A stretch of 64,000 nucleotides of DNA from Candidatus Aldehydirespirator sp. (GCA_965221605.1 CBDCSK010000006.1:757-64756); one strand, 5' to 3'; positions 1-9,307 are shown, counted from the first letter of the stretch. Program-made: numbers and translations. Notes: a model not told the origin generated them from the letters alone.

Positions 1-275
1 AAGGCCTTGATCTCGCCGTCGCGGGTGCGGGTGACCAGGATCGGCACGCCCGCGGCTCTCATCGCCTTGTAGGAGTTCGGCTCGCGCAGCTCGCTGCCGA
101 AGGCCACCATCAACGGGACCCGCTTGAAGATCCTGTCCATCTCGAGCTGCCACCGCTCGGGGTCCAGATAGTTCACGGCGGGCACGACGAAGGGGGCAGG
201 CTCCTGATCGCCGATGTTCGCTCGGGTGTGCGCGATGTTGCGCTGGGCCATGGCCACAAGCTGTGCTCTGCTCAT
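1..275 (-). CDS. Rieske-type ring-hydroxylating oxygenase alpha subunit, N-terminal 91 codons (gene runs off the window start)
   Basis: Own minus-strand translation from ATG 275-273 gives MSRAQLVAMAQRNIAHTRANIGDQEPAPFVVPAVNYLDPERWQLEMDRIFKRVPLMVAFGSELREPNSYKAMRAAGVPILVTRTRDGEIKAF. This is the usual lead-in before the CxH Rieske motif. A GGGAGAG SD-like run lies just upstream. It is absent from the ORF track because it has no in-window stop. Confidence 0.55.
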   Translation of the reverse strand, partial: MSRAQLVAMAQRNIAHTRANIGDQEPAPFVVPAVNYLDPERWQLEMDRIFKRVPLMVAFGSELREPNSYKAMRAAGVPILVTRTRDGEIKA

Positions 276-373
276 AGGACTCTCCCGGTCCAGCCGCCCT
301 CTAACAATAGAGCGGTCAGCAAATTGTTTTCACGCCGACGCCTCTGACTCCCCGTTCGAAGCCGGCAGTCACT

Positions 374-1663
374 TCAGCGGGGCACATCCTTCCAGGGGCG
401 GTCGCGGTCGACGCGAGGCTCGCGGGGCAGGCCCAGCACCCGCTCGCCGATGATGTTGCGCTGGATCTCGTCGGACCCGCCCGCGATGCGGTATCCGGGC
501 GCGCCCAGCACGTGCTCGCCCCACTCGTAGGTGCCCCACTCCCCGGTGTCGGCCACCAGCCGAGGCCCGAGCACTAGCGAGACCGCCTCCGACATCAACC
601 TCATGCCTTCGGTCCAGAAGATCTTGCCCAGCGAACCCTCCGGCCCCGGCTGGCCGCGGCGGGCCAGATCGGCGGCCCGCCGGTTCAGCATGTGCTCGAC
701 CCTCCGGTGGACGTACATGCGGGTCAGCGCCTCCCGGATCGCCGGGTCGCCGGTGACGCCCACGTGCCGGGCCGTGCCCAGAAGCTGCTCCCACGACCCT
801 CCGGTCGCGCCGGAGGGGTCCCCCGAGGAGCGGTCGCGCTCGTAGCCGAGCGTCGTCAGCGCGACCTTCCAGCCCTCGCCCTGGGCGCCGATGCGAAGAT
901 CGTCCCCGATCCGGGCGTCGCTGATGAACACCTCGTTGAACGAGGTTCCGCCGCTCATCTGCCTGATGGGGCGGACCTCCACGCCGGGATGGTCGAGCGG
1001 GAGCATGAAGGCGGTCATGCCGCTGTGCTTGACCGCGCCGGGATCCGAGCGGGCGATGAGCAGGCCCCAGCCCGCGAACTGGGCTCCTGAGCTCCACACC
1101 TTCTGGCCGTTGAGGATCCACTGGTCGCCGTCGCGGACGGCGCGGCACGCCAGGCCGGCCAGATCTGAGCCTGCGCCCGGTTCGCTGAAGAGCTGGCAGC
1201 ACAGGATCTCGGTCGCCAGCAGCGGCCCGACGAAGCGAGCCCTCTGATCGGCGGTGCCGAAGCGGGCGATGGTCGGAGCGATGAGCCGCTTCGTCACCGC
1301 GAACAGCTCGTGACTCGCCGGTGGCCCGTAGTCCTGCTCGAGGCGATTGAACGCCACCGAGTGGGCTCTTGTCAGCCCGAGCCCACCGAACTCGGCGGGC
1401 CAGTCGACCGCGTGATAGCCCCGTTGCTGCTTGCGGGCGTTCCAGGCGACGAGGTCGTCGAGAACCTGCCTCTCCTCGTCGAAGCTGAGATTGTGGAAGA
1501 CCGCGACGCTGAACTCCCCCTCGCCCCAGGCTCGCGGCTGCTCGCTCTGCCGGGAGCGCTGCTGCGGCGCGTTCTGGTCGAGCCATGCCCTGGCCTGCTC
1601 GATGAAGCCGTCCAGGCCGGTCTCAATAACAGCAGCGTCCACCACCACGAACCCTATTACCAA
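374..1663 (-). CDS. acyl-CoA dehydrogenase family protein
   Basis: 429-aa track ORF, ACAD-like throughout (FSEPGAGSDLAGL, WILNGQKVWSSGA, IAGGSDEIQRNIIGERVLGLP). The track start at 1663 is TTG. An in-frame GTG at 1648 preceded by TTGGTAATAGGGTTC may be the real, leaderless start. Confidence 0.85.
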   Translation of the reverse strand: MVIGFVVVDAAVIETGLDGFIEQARAWLDQNAPQQRSRQSEQPRAWGEGEFSVAVFHNLSFDEERQVLDDLVAWNARKQQRGYHAVDWPAEFGGLGLTRAHSVAFNRLEQDYGPPASHELFAVTKRLIAPTIARFGTADQRARFVGPLLATEILCCQLFSEPGAGSDLAGLACRAVRDGDQWILNGQKVWSSGAQFAGWGLLIARSDPGAVKHSGMTAFMLPLDHPGVEVRPIRQMSGGTSFNEVFISDARIGDDLRIGAQGEGWKVALTTLGYERDRSSGDPSGATGGSWEQLLGTARHVGVTGDPAIREALTRMYVHRRVEHMLNRRAADLARRGQPGPEGSLGKIFWTEGMRLMSEAVSLVLGPRLVADTGEWGTYEWGEHVLGAPGYRIAGGSDEIQRNIIGERVLGLPREPRVDRDRPWKDVPR

Positions 1664-1788
1664 GCCTCACCGGCGGGCTGGGGGTGCTACCGTCCCGCTG
1701 CGATGCCCAGCTTCCGCCACGCCGCTCCCAGCGCCAGGAGCCACCTCGGCAAACGCCACCACGGCGACGCGCGGGATCGGATGAGCCC

Positions 1789-4779
1789 ATGACTTCGGAG
1801 GCCGCCCAAGAGGCCGCGACCCGCAGCACGCTGTCGGTGAGGAGCCGGAGCCTGACACTGGCCGGCCGTGCCCTGGACCACATCAGCCAGCCGGTCCTGA
1901 ACCGTCCCCACGAGGAGCCGTCGAGCCACTGGCAGCTCGCCGAGGACAACACTTCGACGGGTGTGGCCGTGTCCGGCAGGCGTCCGAGCCAGTCGATGAC
2001 CGTCGTTCCGAAGGTCCGCGACCCGCAGCTTCGGATCGAGACGGCGCCGCCGGAGAGCAACGAGTTCGTGAACCGCATCCGTGCGGTGGTGGGTCGCTGG
2101 CGCGACGAGAACTATCCGGGGGCGACCGCGGCGTCGCGCCGGCTGTTGGAGCATTGGCGCAGCGAGGCCAACGACCCGCGGCTGTTCTTCGCCCAGGTCG
2201 AGGCGGTCGAGACGCTGATCTGGCTGACCGAGGCCAGCGCCGCCCGATATCGGGCGCTCGCCGAGGTCCGCCGGGAGCTGGCGGAGACCGACCGCGACTA
2301 CAACGCGGGCATCAGCCGGCTGGCGGTGAGGATGGCTACCGGGTCGGGCAAGACCGCGGTGATGGGCATGGTGATCGCCTGGCACGCCGTGAACGCGGCA
2401 GCGTCGCAGCGGCGCGACGGGCGCTACACCACCCGCTTTCTGGCGATAGCGCCCGGCCACACCGTGCGCGAGCGCCTAGCGGTGCTGGACCCCGCGCACT
2501 GTGAGAACGTCTACGACGAGATGCGCCTGCTGCCCGAGGGGCTGCGCGGCGCGCTGGGGCCGGTGAAGGTGCGCGTGCTGAACTTCCAGGCGTTCCAGCG
2601 GCGCGACCGGCTGGCGTCGGCGTCGAGCGACGCCAAGAAGCTGCTGCGAGCCGGGCGAAAGGCCCCGCAGCTGGAGTCGATCTCGGCGGTGCTGGACCGG
2701 GCGCTGCGAGGGTTCCCGGCCGGGAAGGGCGCGCCGAGGGTGTGCGTGCTCAACGACGAGGCCCATCACTGCTACCTGCCCGAGGCGGGCAGGCGAACCT
2801 CCGAGGACGACGACACCAAGGCCGCGGCGGTCTGGTTCGGGGCGCTGGAGGGGCTGCGCGACGCCGGCCGGCTCGGTCCGGTCTACGACTTCTCGGCGAC
2901 GCCGATCTTCATCGAGGGCAGATCCCGCAAGGAGCGCATGTTCGGCTGGGTGGTGTCGGACTTTCCGCTGATGGACAGCATCGAGTCGGGGCTGGTGAAG
3001 ATCCCGCAGGTTCCGGTCGACGACGACTCCCCCAGCGAGGGGGTCAAGTGGCGCAACTTGTACGCCAATTCGTCGCCCAAACGAGTCAGGCGCGACCAGG
3101 TGCCCGCCGAGCTGAGCCGGGCGCTCGCGGCGCTGTATGCCAGCTACGAGCACAAGTTCAACCAGTGGATGCATCCCGACGACCCCGACAAGACGATGCC
3201 CACGCCGCCGGTGTTCATCGTGGTCGCCAACAACATCGCCAACGCCACCGCCATCGCGGACCACATCGCGGGATGGGCCGAGAATCGCTCCGACGGCGCC
3301 CCCGAATACCACGCGGGCGCCTGCCCACTGTTCGCCAACTACCGCGACGACGGACCCGCCGAGCGAATCCACACGCTGCTGGTGCATTCCCAGCTCGAAG
3401 GAGAGGCCGGTCTGAGCGCCCCGATCAAGGCGCAAGCCGAGCGGCTCAGACTCCCCGGCGACGACCGCGACGCCCGAGACGTGGTGCGCGGCGCGCTGAA
3501 CTCGGTGGGGCGCTCCGGCGGGCTGGGCGAGCACATCCGCTGCGTGGTGTCGGTCTCGATGCTCACCGAGGGATGGGACGCCCGCACCGTCACCCACATC
3601 CTCGGCTACCGGGCCTTCTCCACCCAACTGCTCTGCGAGCAAGTCACTGGGAGGGCGCTGCGCCGCTCCAACTACGACCACTACGACGACGGCGGGCTGC
3701 TCGTGCCCGAATATGCAGAGGTCATCGGCGTGCCGTTCGAGTTCATGCCGGTCAAGAACCCCGAAGACGACCCCGTGCCGCCGAAGCCCCGCTACGAGGT
3801 CCGCAGCGTCCGCGGACGGCGCGACTGCTGCATCGAGTTCCCCAACGTGGAGCACTACCTCACCGACACCGGCTCCGCCGGGTTCCGTCTCGACCCCGAA
3901 CGCGTCCGCCGGTGGGTGCCGGTCGGCGCCTCCGAGACGGTGCTCTCGGGCACCGTCGGCGGCGAGACGACCCTCAGCGCCCAGCAGCGCAATATCCGCC
4001 GCCAACGTGCAGAAACGCTGCTCGCGGCTGGGGTGGTGCAGCGCTGGCAGCAGCGACTCTCCGACGGCGGCGAAGGGCGGCGCGCCCGCCGCAGGACGCT
4101 GTTCTACAACGCCATGAGCGTCGTCAAGGACTGGGCGAAGCTCGCCGAGGTCGCTGACAGCGACTACGACGCGGCAGCGTCGAGCCACCTGGCGCAGGCG
4201 GTGGTCGCCATCGACGACGCGGCGGTGCCCTCCCAGGGCAGTGCCGACACGACCGTGGCTGTCTTCAACCGGGAGCCGCTGCTCGACACCTCCGGCATCC
4301 GCTTCGAGACCAGCCTGTCGGACCGGCACACCGCCGCGAGGTCCGAACTAAACATCGCGGCCTGCCACTCCCGGTTCGAGGCTGCCTGCGCCAGAGCGCT
4401 CGACCAGCACCCCGACGTCACCGCATGGGCGCGCAACTTCCGGCTCGGCTGGACCGTGCCGTACCTGTGGGACGGGGCATGGCACCGCTACGAGCCCGAC
4501 TTCGTAGCCCGCCTGTTCGCCGGACGCGAGGACGCCGGCGCGGTGCATCTCATCGTCGAGGTCAAGGGCGTCCCCGACGACCAGTCCGCCCGCAAGAAGC
4601 AGGCCGTCACCGGCAAGTGGATTCCCGCGGTGGAGTCCTCGCCGAGGCTGCCCGGCTGGCTGCGCCGCTGGTCGTTCGTCGAACTCACCGACCCCGACCG
4701 GCTCGCCGCGGACCTCGACCACGCCATCAAGCGAGCCCGCACGACCCACCCGGCGCACGAAGCCGAAGGGGTGCAATGA
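1789..4779 (+). CDS. res: Type III restriction enzyme Res subunit (SF2 helicase plus PD-(D/E)xK nuclease)
   Basis: Helicase motifs MATGSGKTAVMG (Walker A), VLNDEAHH (DEAH), LTEGWDARTV and QVTGRALRR. C-terminal nuclease-like YEPDFVARL...HLIVEVKG. Start moved to ATG 1789 because the 35 upstream codons of the track ORF are R/P-rich and look non-coding. Confidence 0.85.
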   Translation: MTSEAAQEAATRSTLSVRSRSLTLAGRALDHISQPVLNRPHEEPSSHWQLAEDNTSTGVAVSGRRPSQSMTVVPKVRDPQLRIETAPPESNEFVNRIRAVVGRWRDENYPGATAASRRLLEHWRSEANDPRLFFAQVEAVETLIWLTEASAARYRALAEVRRELAETDRDYNAGISRLAVRMATGSGKTAVMGMVIAWHAVNAAASQRRDGRYTTRFLAIAPGHTVRERLAVLDPAHCENVYDEMRLLPEGLRGALGPVKVRVLNFQAFQRRDRLASASSDAKKLLRAGRKAPQLESISAVLDRALRGFPAGKGAPRVCVLNDEAHHCYLPEAGRRTSEDDDTKAAAVWFGALEGLRDAGRLGPVYDFSATPIFIEGRSRKERMFGWVVSDFPLMDSIESGLVKIPQVPVDDDSPSEGVKWRNLYANSSPKRVRRDQVPAELSRALAALYASYEHKFNQWMHPDDPDKTMPTPPVFIVVANNIANATAIADHIAGWAENRSDGAPEYHAGACPLFANYRDDGPAERIHTLLVHSQLEGEAGLSAPIKAQAERLRLPGDDRDARDVVRGALNSVGRSGGLGEHIRCVVSVSMLTEGWDARTVTHILGYRAFSTQLLCEQVTGRALRRSNYDHYDDGGLLVPEYAEVIGVPFEFMPVKNPEDDPVPPKPRYEVRSVRGRRDCCIEFPNVEHYLTDTGSAGFRLDPERVRRWVPVGASETVLSGTVGGETTLSAQQRNIRRQRAETLLAAGVVQRWQQRLSDGGEGRRARRRTLFYNAMSVVKDWAKLAEVADSDYDAAASSHLAQAVVAIDDAAVPSQGSADTTVAVFNREPLLDTSGIRFETSLSDRHTAARSELNIAACHSRFEAACARALDQHPDVTAWARNFRLGWTVPYLWDGAWHRYEPDFVARLFAGREDAGAVHLIVEVKGVPDDQSARKKQAVTGKWIPAVESSPRLPGWLRRWSFVELTDPDRLAADLDHAIKRARTTHPAHEAEGVQ

Positions 4780-7370
4780 TGCCCAAGCGGAGCGCGCCCA
4801 AGACCGGGCAGTACATCCACACCACCAGCCGGCGGCTCAACCTGCCCACCGAGCAGACCGAGAAGGTGATGGACGACGCCGACCGGCGTCCGGTGGTCCA
4901 CATCCCCGACACCCGCGAGATAGACGACGACCCGGTTCTCGCCTGGAACCGCCAGTACCCGGAACACCCAGGCCACGCCGCCTACCCGCTGTACGTGCGC
5001 GAGAAGGTCCACCCCGCCGCGTTCGTGAAGCTGCTCGAGGGCTCCGGCGAGCAGCCGCAGCTGTTCGGCGACTTCAACGGGCTGCCGTCGCCGGACGCCT
5101 CCTACGAGTGGTACCAGCACACCGCCAACTGGTCGAACCGGCTCATCCACGGAGAATCGGCGCGGGTCATGGCGAGCCTGCTGGCCCGCGAGAACATGGC
5201 CGGCAAGGTCCAGATGATCTACTTCGACCCGCCCTACGGCATGGGCTACAAGTCCAACTTCCAAGTGTCCGTCGGCCAGAGCGACCGCACCCCCGAAACC
5301 GCTCGGGGACGGCCGCACGACACCCGCACCATCCGAGCGTTCCGCGACACCTACGAACGAGGCATCCACTCCTACCTCGACCTCACCCGCGAGAAGCTCA
5401 TCCTCATGCGCGAACTGCTCGCCGACACCGGCTCGCTGTTCATGCAGATCGGCGACGAGAACGTCCACCGAGCCGCCGTCCTCCTCGACGAAGTGTTCGG
5501 CGCCGAAAACCGGGTAGCGATGATCCCCTACGCCACCTCAGGCAGCTCGTCAGCAAGCATGTTGCCAAGCGTGGCCGATTTTCTGCTCTGGTACGCCAAG
5601 GACAAGCGACAAGCCAAGTACCACCAACTCTACGAGCCGCTCACGCGAGCCGAGAAGATTGAACACATGAGTTCCTACGCGATGGTCGAACTCGCCAATG
5701 GGGACACCAGAGACCTGAGCCATGACGAACGGCAGGAACCCGACAGCTATCTGCCGGAGGACGCGCGCACATACAGGCGCATGCGGCTCGCCTCGCCCGG
5801 AACGTCCACCACTGGGCGCTCAGACACGTACCACTGGAAGGGGCAGGATTGGCCTTGTCCGCCAGGCGAGCAGTGGCGAGTCTCTGTGGAAGGACTGGAC
5901 CGCCTCGCTGAGCTCGGTCGCCTGGACGCGGCGAGTCCAACGTCGACACTTGGCTGGAAGCGTTACGAGCATGAAGTTCCCGGCAGAAGGATCAATAACA
6001 TTTGGCACAAGCAGATGTCCCCCTCCGATAAGCGCTATGTCGTTCAGACCGCGGACAGCGTGATCGAGCGCTGCATTCTCATGTCCACCGACCCTGGCGA
6101 CCTCGTGTTCGACCCAACCTGCGGCGGCGCGACCACTGCCACGGTTGCGGAGCGGTGGGGGCGTCGATGGATCACCTGTGACACTTCACCGGTGGCGGTG
6201 TCCATCGCGAGGCAGCGCCTCGCCACCGGGACGTTCGACTACTGGACGCTCGCCGACTCCGCCGACGGCACCCGCCAAGAGGCTGAACTATCCGGCAAGC
6301 CGGAAGCCGATCCGCCCACCGGGGGCTGGGGCGACGACCCTGCCGGGGGTTTCGTCTACGAGCGGGTTCCGCAGGTATCGGCCAGCGTGCTCGCCTACGA
6401 CCTCGACCCCGACCCGATCATGCTCGTCGACCAGCCCCAAAAGAAGCGGGGCGTGACCCGAGTGGCGTCGCCGTTCACGGTGGAGAGCGAACAGCCGTGG
6501 GCGACCGTGATCCCCCTGGAAGACGCTGAGGACGGCACGAGCGGCGAGAGCGAGCCGGTCGTGGCGCACGACGACTTCCTAGAGGCTGTGCGAACGGCGC
6601 TGCTGGGGCACACCGTCGGCGGCGGACGCGACAACGCCGACATCACCGTGCGGGCGCTGGAGCCGTGGCCGACCGACTCGAACCTGCTGGCATGGAAGGC
6701 CGGCTACACCACCGGCGGCGGCTCAGCCGAGCACACCGCCGGGGTGATGGTGGCCGCCGAGGATGTGACCGTGCCCGGCGAGATGGTGCGCGAGGCCGCC
6801 CGCGAGGCCGCTTCCAGCGCCGAACGGGTGGACACCCTGATCGTGGTCGCCTACGCCTACGCGCCCGACGCCCCCACCGAGGTCGGCCGCATGAACGTGG
6901 CGCGGGTGCAGACGAACCGCGACCTGATGATCCGCGAACTCGCAGAGGAGCCCGGCCACGAGGCGTTCGTGATCCTCGGACAGCCCGACATCGAGGTCAT
7001 CGACTACCCCGGCGAGCAGATCGCGGTCGAGGTCCGCGGCTACGACACGTTCGACCCGGCCACCGGCAACGCCGCCGAGGGAGGCGACGACGATGTGGCC
7101 TGCTGGATGATCGACACCGACCACGACGGCGAGAGCTTCTTCGCCCGGCGCATCCACTTCCCCGGCGCCGACCGAGACAAGCAGATCAACAGGCTCGTGA
7201 AGGCGCTCGGACGCAACGCCGACGACGTGGAACAGGAAGCCCTCACCGCCATGCGCTCAGCCCCGTTCGACCCGCCCCAACGGGGACGGATCGCGGTCAA
7301 GATCGTCACCACCACCGGCATGGAGATGACCACCGTGCAGAACGTCGGCGCGACGACCGCCGCGCCATGA
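4776..7370 (+). CDS. mod: Type III-like DNA methyltransferase Mod subunit (beta-class N6A/N4C), 864 aa with long C-terminal extension
   Basis: IYFDPPYG (motif IV) is followed about 295 aa later by LVFDPTCGGATTA (motif I), the beta-class order. The ATGATG start overlaps the res stop (ATGA at 4776-4779). About 380 aa follow motif I with no motif I recognise. Confidence 0.85.
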   Translation: MMPKRSAPKTGQYIHTTSRRLNLPTEQTEKVMDDADRRPVVHIPDTREIDDDPVLAWNRQYPEHPGHAAYPLYVREKVHPAAFVKLLEGSGEQPQLFGDFNGLPSPDASYEWYQHTANWSNRLIHGESARVMASLLARENMAGKVQMIYFDPPYGMGYKSNFQVSVGQSDRTPETARGRPHDTRTIRAFRDTYERGIHSYLDLTREKLILMRELLADTGSLFMQIGDENVHRAAVLLDEVFGAENRVAMIPYATSGSSSASMLPSVADFLLWYAKDKRQAKYHQLYEPLTRAEKIEHMSSYAMVELANGDTRDLSHDERQEPDSYLPEDARTYRRMRLASPGTSTTGRSDTYHWKGQDWPCPPGEQWRVSVEGLDRLAELGRLDAASPTSTLGWKRYEHEVPGRRINNIWHKQMSPSDKRYVVQTADSVIERCILMSTDPGDLVFDPTCGGATTATVAERWGRRWITCDTSPVAVSIARQRLATGTFDYWTLADSADGTRQEAELSGKPEADPPTGGWGDDPAGGFVYERVPQVSASVLAYDLDPDPIMLVDQPQKKRGVTRVASPFTVESEQPWATVIPLEDAEDGTSGESEPVVAHDDFLEAVRTALLGHTVGGGRDNADITVRALEPWPTDSNLLAWKAGYTTGGGSAEHTAGVMVAAEDVTVPGEMVREAAREAASSAERVDTLIVVAYAYAPDAPTEVGRMNVARVQTNRDLMIRELAEEPGHEAFVILGQPDIEVIDYPGEQIAVEVRGYDTFDPATGNAAEGGDDDVACWMIDTDHDGESFFARRIHFPGADRDKQINRLVKALGRNADDVEQEALTAMRSAPFDPPQRGRIAVKIVTTTGMEMTTVQNVGATTAAP

Positions 7371-7567
7371 CCGCAAACCGCAGATTCTCCGGCATCCCAC
7401 GCCCGGCAGCCCGGATCGGGCATGCGCTGTTTCTGCTGCTCGCGACGGTGCCGCTGGTTCTGAGCTGTTCGCCCGCCAGCGACGCCACACAAAGCGAGTC
7501 GGGCGCGAGCGAGTCCACTGCACCGACAGCCGACAACAGCGCTCTCGCCTCGGATGTTCGACGGTGA
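7367..7567 (+). CDS. small putative lipoprotein/secreted protein (66 aa)
   Basis: Its ATG overlaps the mod stop (ATGA at 7367-7370). The N-terminus RFSGIPRPAARIGHALFLLLATVPLVLSCSP looks like a signal peptide with a lipobox-like LSC. No homology recognised. Confidence 0.4.
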   Translation: MTANRRFSGIPRPAARIGHALFLLLATVPLVLSCSPASDATQSESGASESTAPTADNSALASDVRR

Positions 7568-7646
7568 CCGAGATCGTAGACGACTACCCTGCTCATGCTC
7601 CACCCCCGGTAGACGATCCGAAGGGTGCGGTGTTACCGTGGCTGAC

Positions 7647-7937
7647 ATGTCCGACCCCGACGAGCCGACTCCGCGTCTTCTGGTAGATAACGCCGACATC
7701 CCCTCTGCTGGCGTCTACGCGAACCTCGTCACCGCTTGGTGTACGGGGTATGAAGTCACCGCCGAGTTCGCTGTATCGCTTCCGCTAGGGGGCGGTTCGG
7801 ACCCGCTACACGCGGTTCAGGTGGCTCGGGTGAAGATGCCGCCGCAAGTCGCGTGGGAGTTAGCACGTCACTTGTCGACTCAGGTAGCGCTATGGGAGGA
7901 CAAATACGGGCGGTTCACGCCCGATCCCCCAGACTGA
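7647..7937 (+). CDS. hypothetical protein, DUF3467-like
   Basis: Part of track ORF 7554..7937. Start set to ATG 7647 (GTG 7638 is also possible). GVYANLVTAWCTGYEVTAEFAV...ARVKMPPQVAWELARHL...WEDKYG resembles the DUF3467 pattern as I remember it. Many A/T-ending codons (cta, tta, gta, ctt, tct) contrast with the neighbouring genes. Confidence 0.5.
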   Translation: MSDPDEPTPRLLVDNADIPSAGVYANLVTAWCTGYEVTAEFAVSLPLGGGSDPLHAVQVARVKMPPQVAWELARHLSTQVALWEDKYGRFTPDPPD

Positions 7938-7951
7938 AGGAGAGGATCACC

Positions 7952-8125
7952 ATGCCACGCTTCACGTACGCCGAAGACGGTGAACCGCCGCAGGCGCAAT
8001 GGCCTGAGCCATCAGATCCAGCGCCGCTCACGGCGGAAGATCGAGAGGAAATGCGCCGACTTGCGAACGCTGGCAGCGCGGAAGATACCGAGCGCGCCGT
8101 GCGGATGGCCGAGCCTCTTACGTGA
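7952..8125 (+). CDS. small acidic hypothetical protein (57 aa)
   Basis: Strong SD AAGGAGAGG 6 nt upstream of ATG 7952. Sequence MPRFTYAEDGEPPQAQWPEPSDPAPLTAEDREEMRRLANAGSAEDTERAVRMAEPLT. No homology recognised. Confidence 0.45.
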   Translation: MPRFTYAEDGEPPQAQWPEPSDPAPLTAEDREEMRRLANAGSAEDTERAVRMAEPLT

Positions 8126-8220
8126 CCAAGCGTAAGCGCCGGGCAGAACCTGTCTCCGATTAGCCGAGCGTGAGCCGGCGATCCTGCCTCTCGTCACGAC
8201 CGCCCGATCACGGAGATCCG

Positions 8221-8793
8221 ATGTCGCAGCAGCCCGGCCCACCCCGCATACCGCCACTGCCCGAAGCTGAGCGCGACGCCTACGCGACGGAACTGCTGGA
8301 CTTCGCAGGCGGACCCGACGGCGGCGGCCGCACCCCCAACCTCTGGACCACGCTCGTTCGCCATCCGGGGCTGTTCCGGCACTGGATCCCATTCGGCGGC
8401 AAGCTGCTCGCCGGCAAGATCCCCAGGCGCGACCGGGAGCTGATGATCCTGCGGACCGCCTGGCGGTGCGGGGCGGAGTACGAGTGGGGCCAGCACTGCC
8501 GGATAGCACGTCAGGCCGGCGTCACCACCGACGAGCTGACCCGGATCGCCAGGGGTCCGGCCGCACCGGGATGGGATCCGTTCGACGCCGCGCTGCTGCG
8601 AGCCGTCGACGAACTCCACGACGACTCACAGGTCACTGACGCGACCTGGGCCGCCCTGGCCGAGCGCTACGACACCAAGCAGTTGATCGAGCTGCCGATG
8701 CTCATCGGCCAGTACCACCTGGTGGCCTTCACCATGAACACGCTGCGACTGGAGCACGAAGCCGGCGCCGACCGGTTCCCGGATCTCAGTTGA
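8221..8793 (+). CDS. carboxymuconolactone decarboxylase (AhpD-like) family protein
   Basis: LMILRTAWRCGAEYEWGQHCRIARQAGVTTDEL is the CMD/AhpD-type helical core. Start set to ATG 8221 inside track ORF 8170..8793. Confidence 0.7.
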   Translation: MSQQPGPPRIPPLPEAERDAYATELLDFAGGPDGGGRTPNLWTTLVRHPGLFRHWIPFGGKLLAGKIPRRDRELMILRTAWRCGAEYEWGQHCRIARQAGVTTDELTRIARGPAAPGWDPFDAALLRAVDELHDDSQVTDATWAALAERYDTKQLIELPMLIGQYHLVAFTMNTLRLEHEAGADRFPDLS

Positions 8794-8815
8794 TGAGCGG
8801 CGGCTCGCTCGGCCT

Positions 8816-9307
8816 CTAGAGCAGGGCCTGCATGTCCACCGAGTCGATGTACTCATGCAGGCGGATCAGCTCGAGGTTCTCGTCCAGGAAGTAGATCATC
8901 CCGGCCTGTATGCGCACCGGCTCGCCGTTGGGTCCCTCCGCGGCGAGCACCATCTCCAGCAGGTAGCCGCCGGGGAAGACCTGGATGTTGACGTCCTGGC
9001 GCTCACGGTTCCGCAGGTACTTCAGCTTGTCGATCAGGGCATCGAAATGCTGGTCCGCCGAGACCGCCTGGGGCTGACCGTCCACGGCGTAGTTGCGCCA
9101 CACGATGTGGCTGTGCCTGCCCGCCGGCATGTCGGGCATCCGAACCGTGCCATCGTCGTTGAGCTGTATCGGATGGCCCTCCTCGAAGGGCAGGGGCCCG
9201 CTCACGGAAGCCTCCGCCTTCTCCTGGATCGCGGCGAGGTGTTGCTTGAGTTCCTCTCCCGACATGGACCGCCAATCGGGCCGGGTCCATCCTTCAGCTG
9301 CAGGCAT
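8816..9307 (-). CDS. NTF2-like (SnoaL/ketosteroid-isomerase-like) hypothetical protein
   Basis: C-terminal 163 codons of track ORF 8816..9592, from ATG 9307 with a GAGAGG SD. The sequence reads as coding (MPAAEGWTRPDWRSMSGEELKQHLAAIQEK...IQAGMIYFLDENLELIRLHEYIDSVDMQALL). The fold assignment is tentative. Confidence 0.5.
   Translation of the reverse strand: MPAAEGWTRPDWRSMSGEELKQHLAAIQEKAEASVSGPLPFEEGHPIQLNDDGTVRMPDMPAGRHSHIVWRNYAVDGQPQAVSADQHFDALIDKLKYLRNRERQDVNIQVFPGGYLLEMVLAAEGPNGEPVRIQAGMIYFLDENLELIRLHEYIDSVDMQALL

Noticed and set aside
1684-1788. Upstream 35 codons of the res track ORF
   Set aside because: The peptide is R/P/Q-rich (MLPSRCDAQLPPRRSQRQEPPRQTPPRRRAGSDEP) with poor coding character. 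ATG 1789 gives a sensible N-terminus.
2476-4329. 617-aa minus-strand ORF, with several shorter companions, overlapping the res gene
   Set aside because: It is antisense to a helicase gene with clear Walker A/DEAH/motif VI signatures. The translation is dominated by R, G, A, P, V and H with no recognisable motif. Long antisense ORFs are expected in DNA this G+C-rich.
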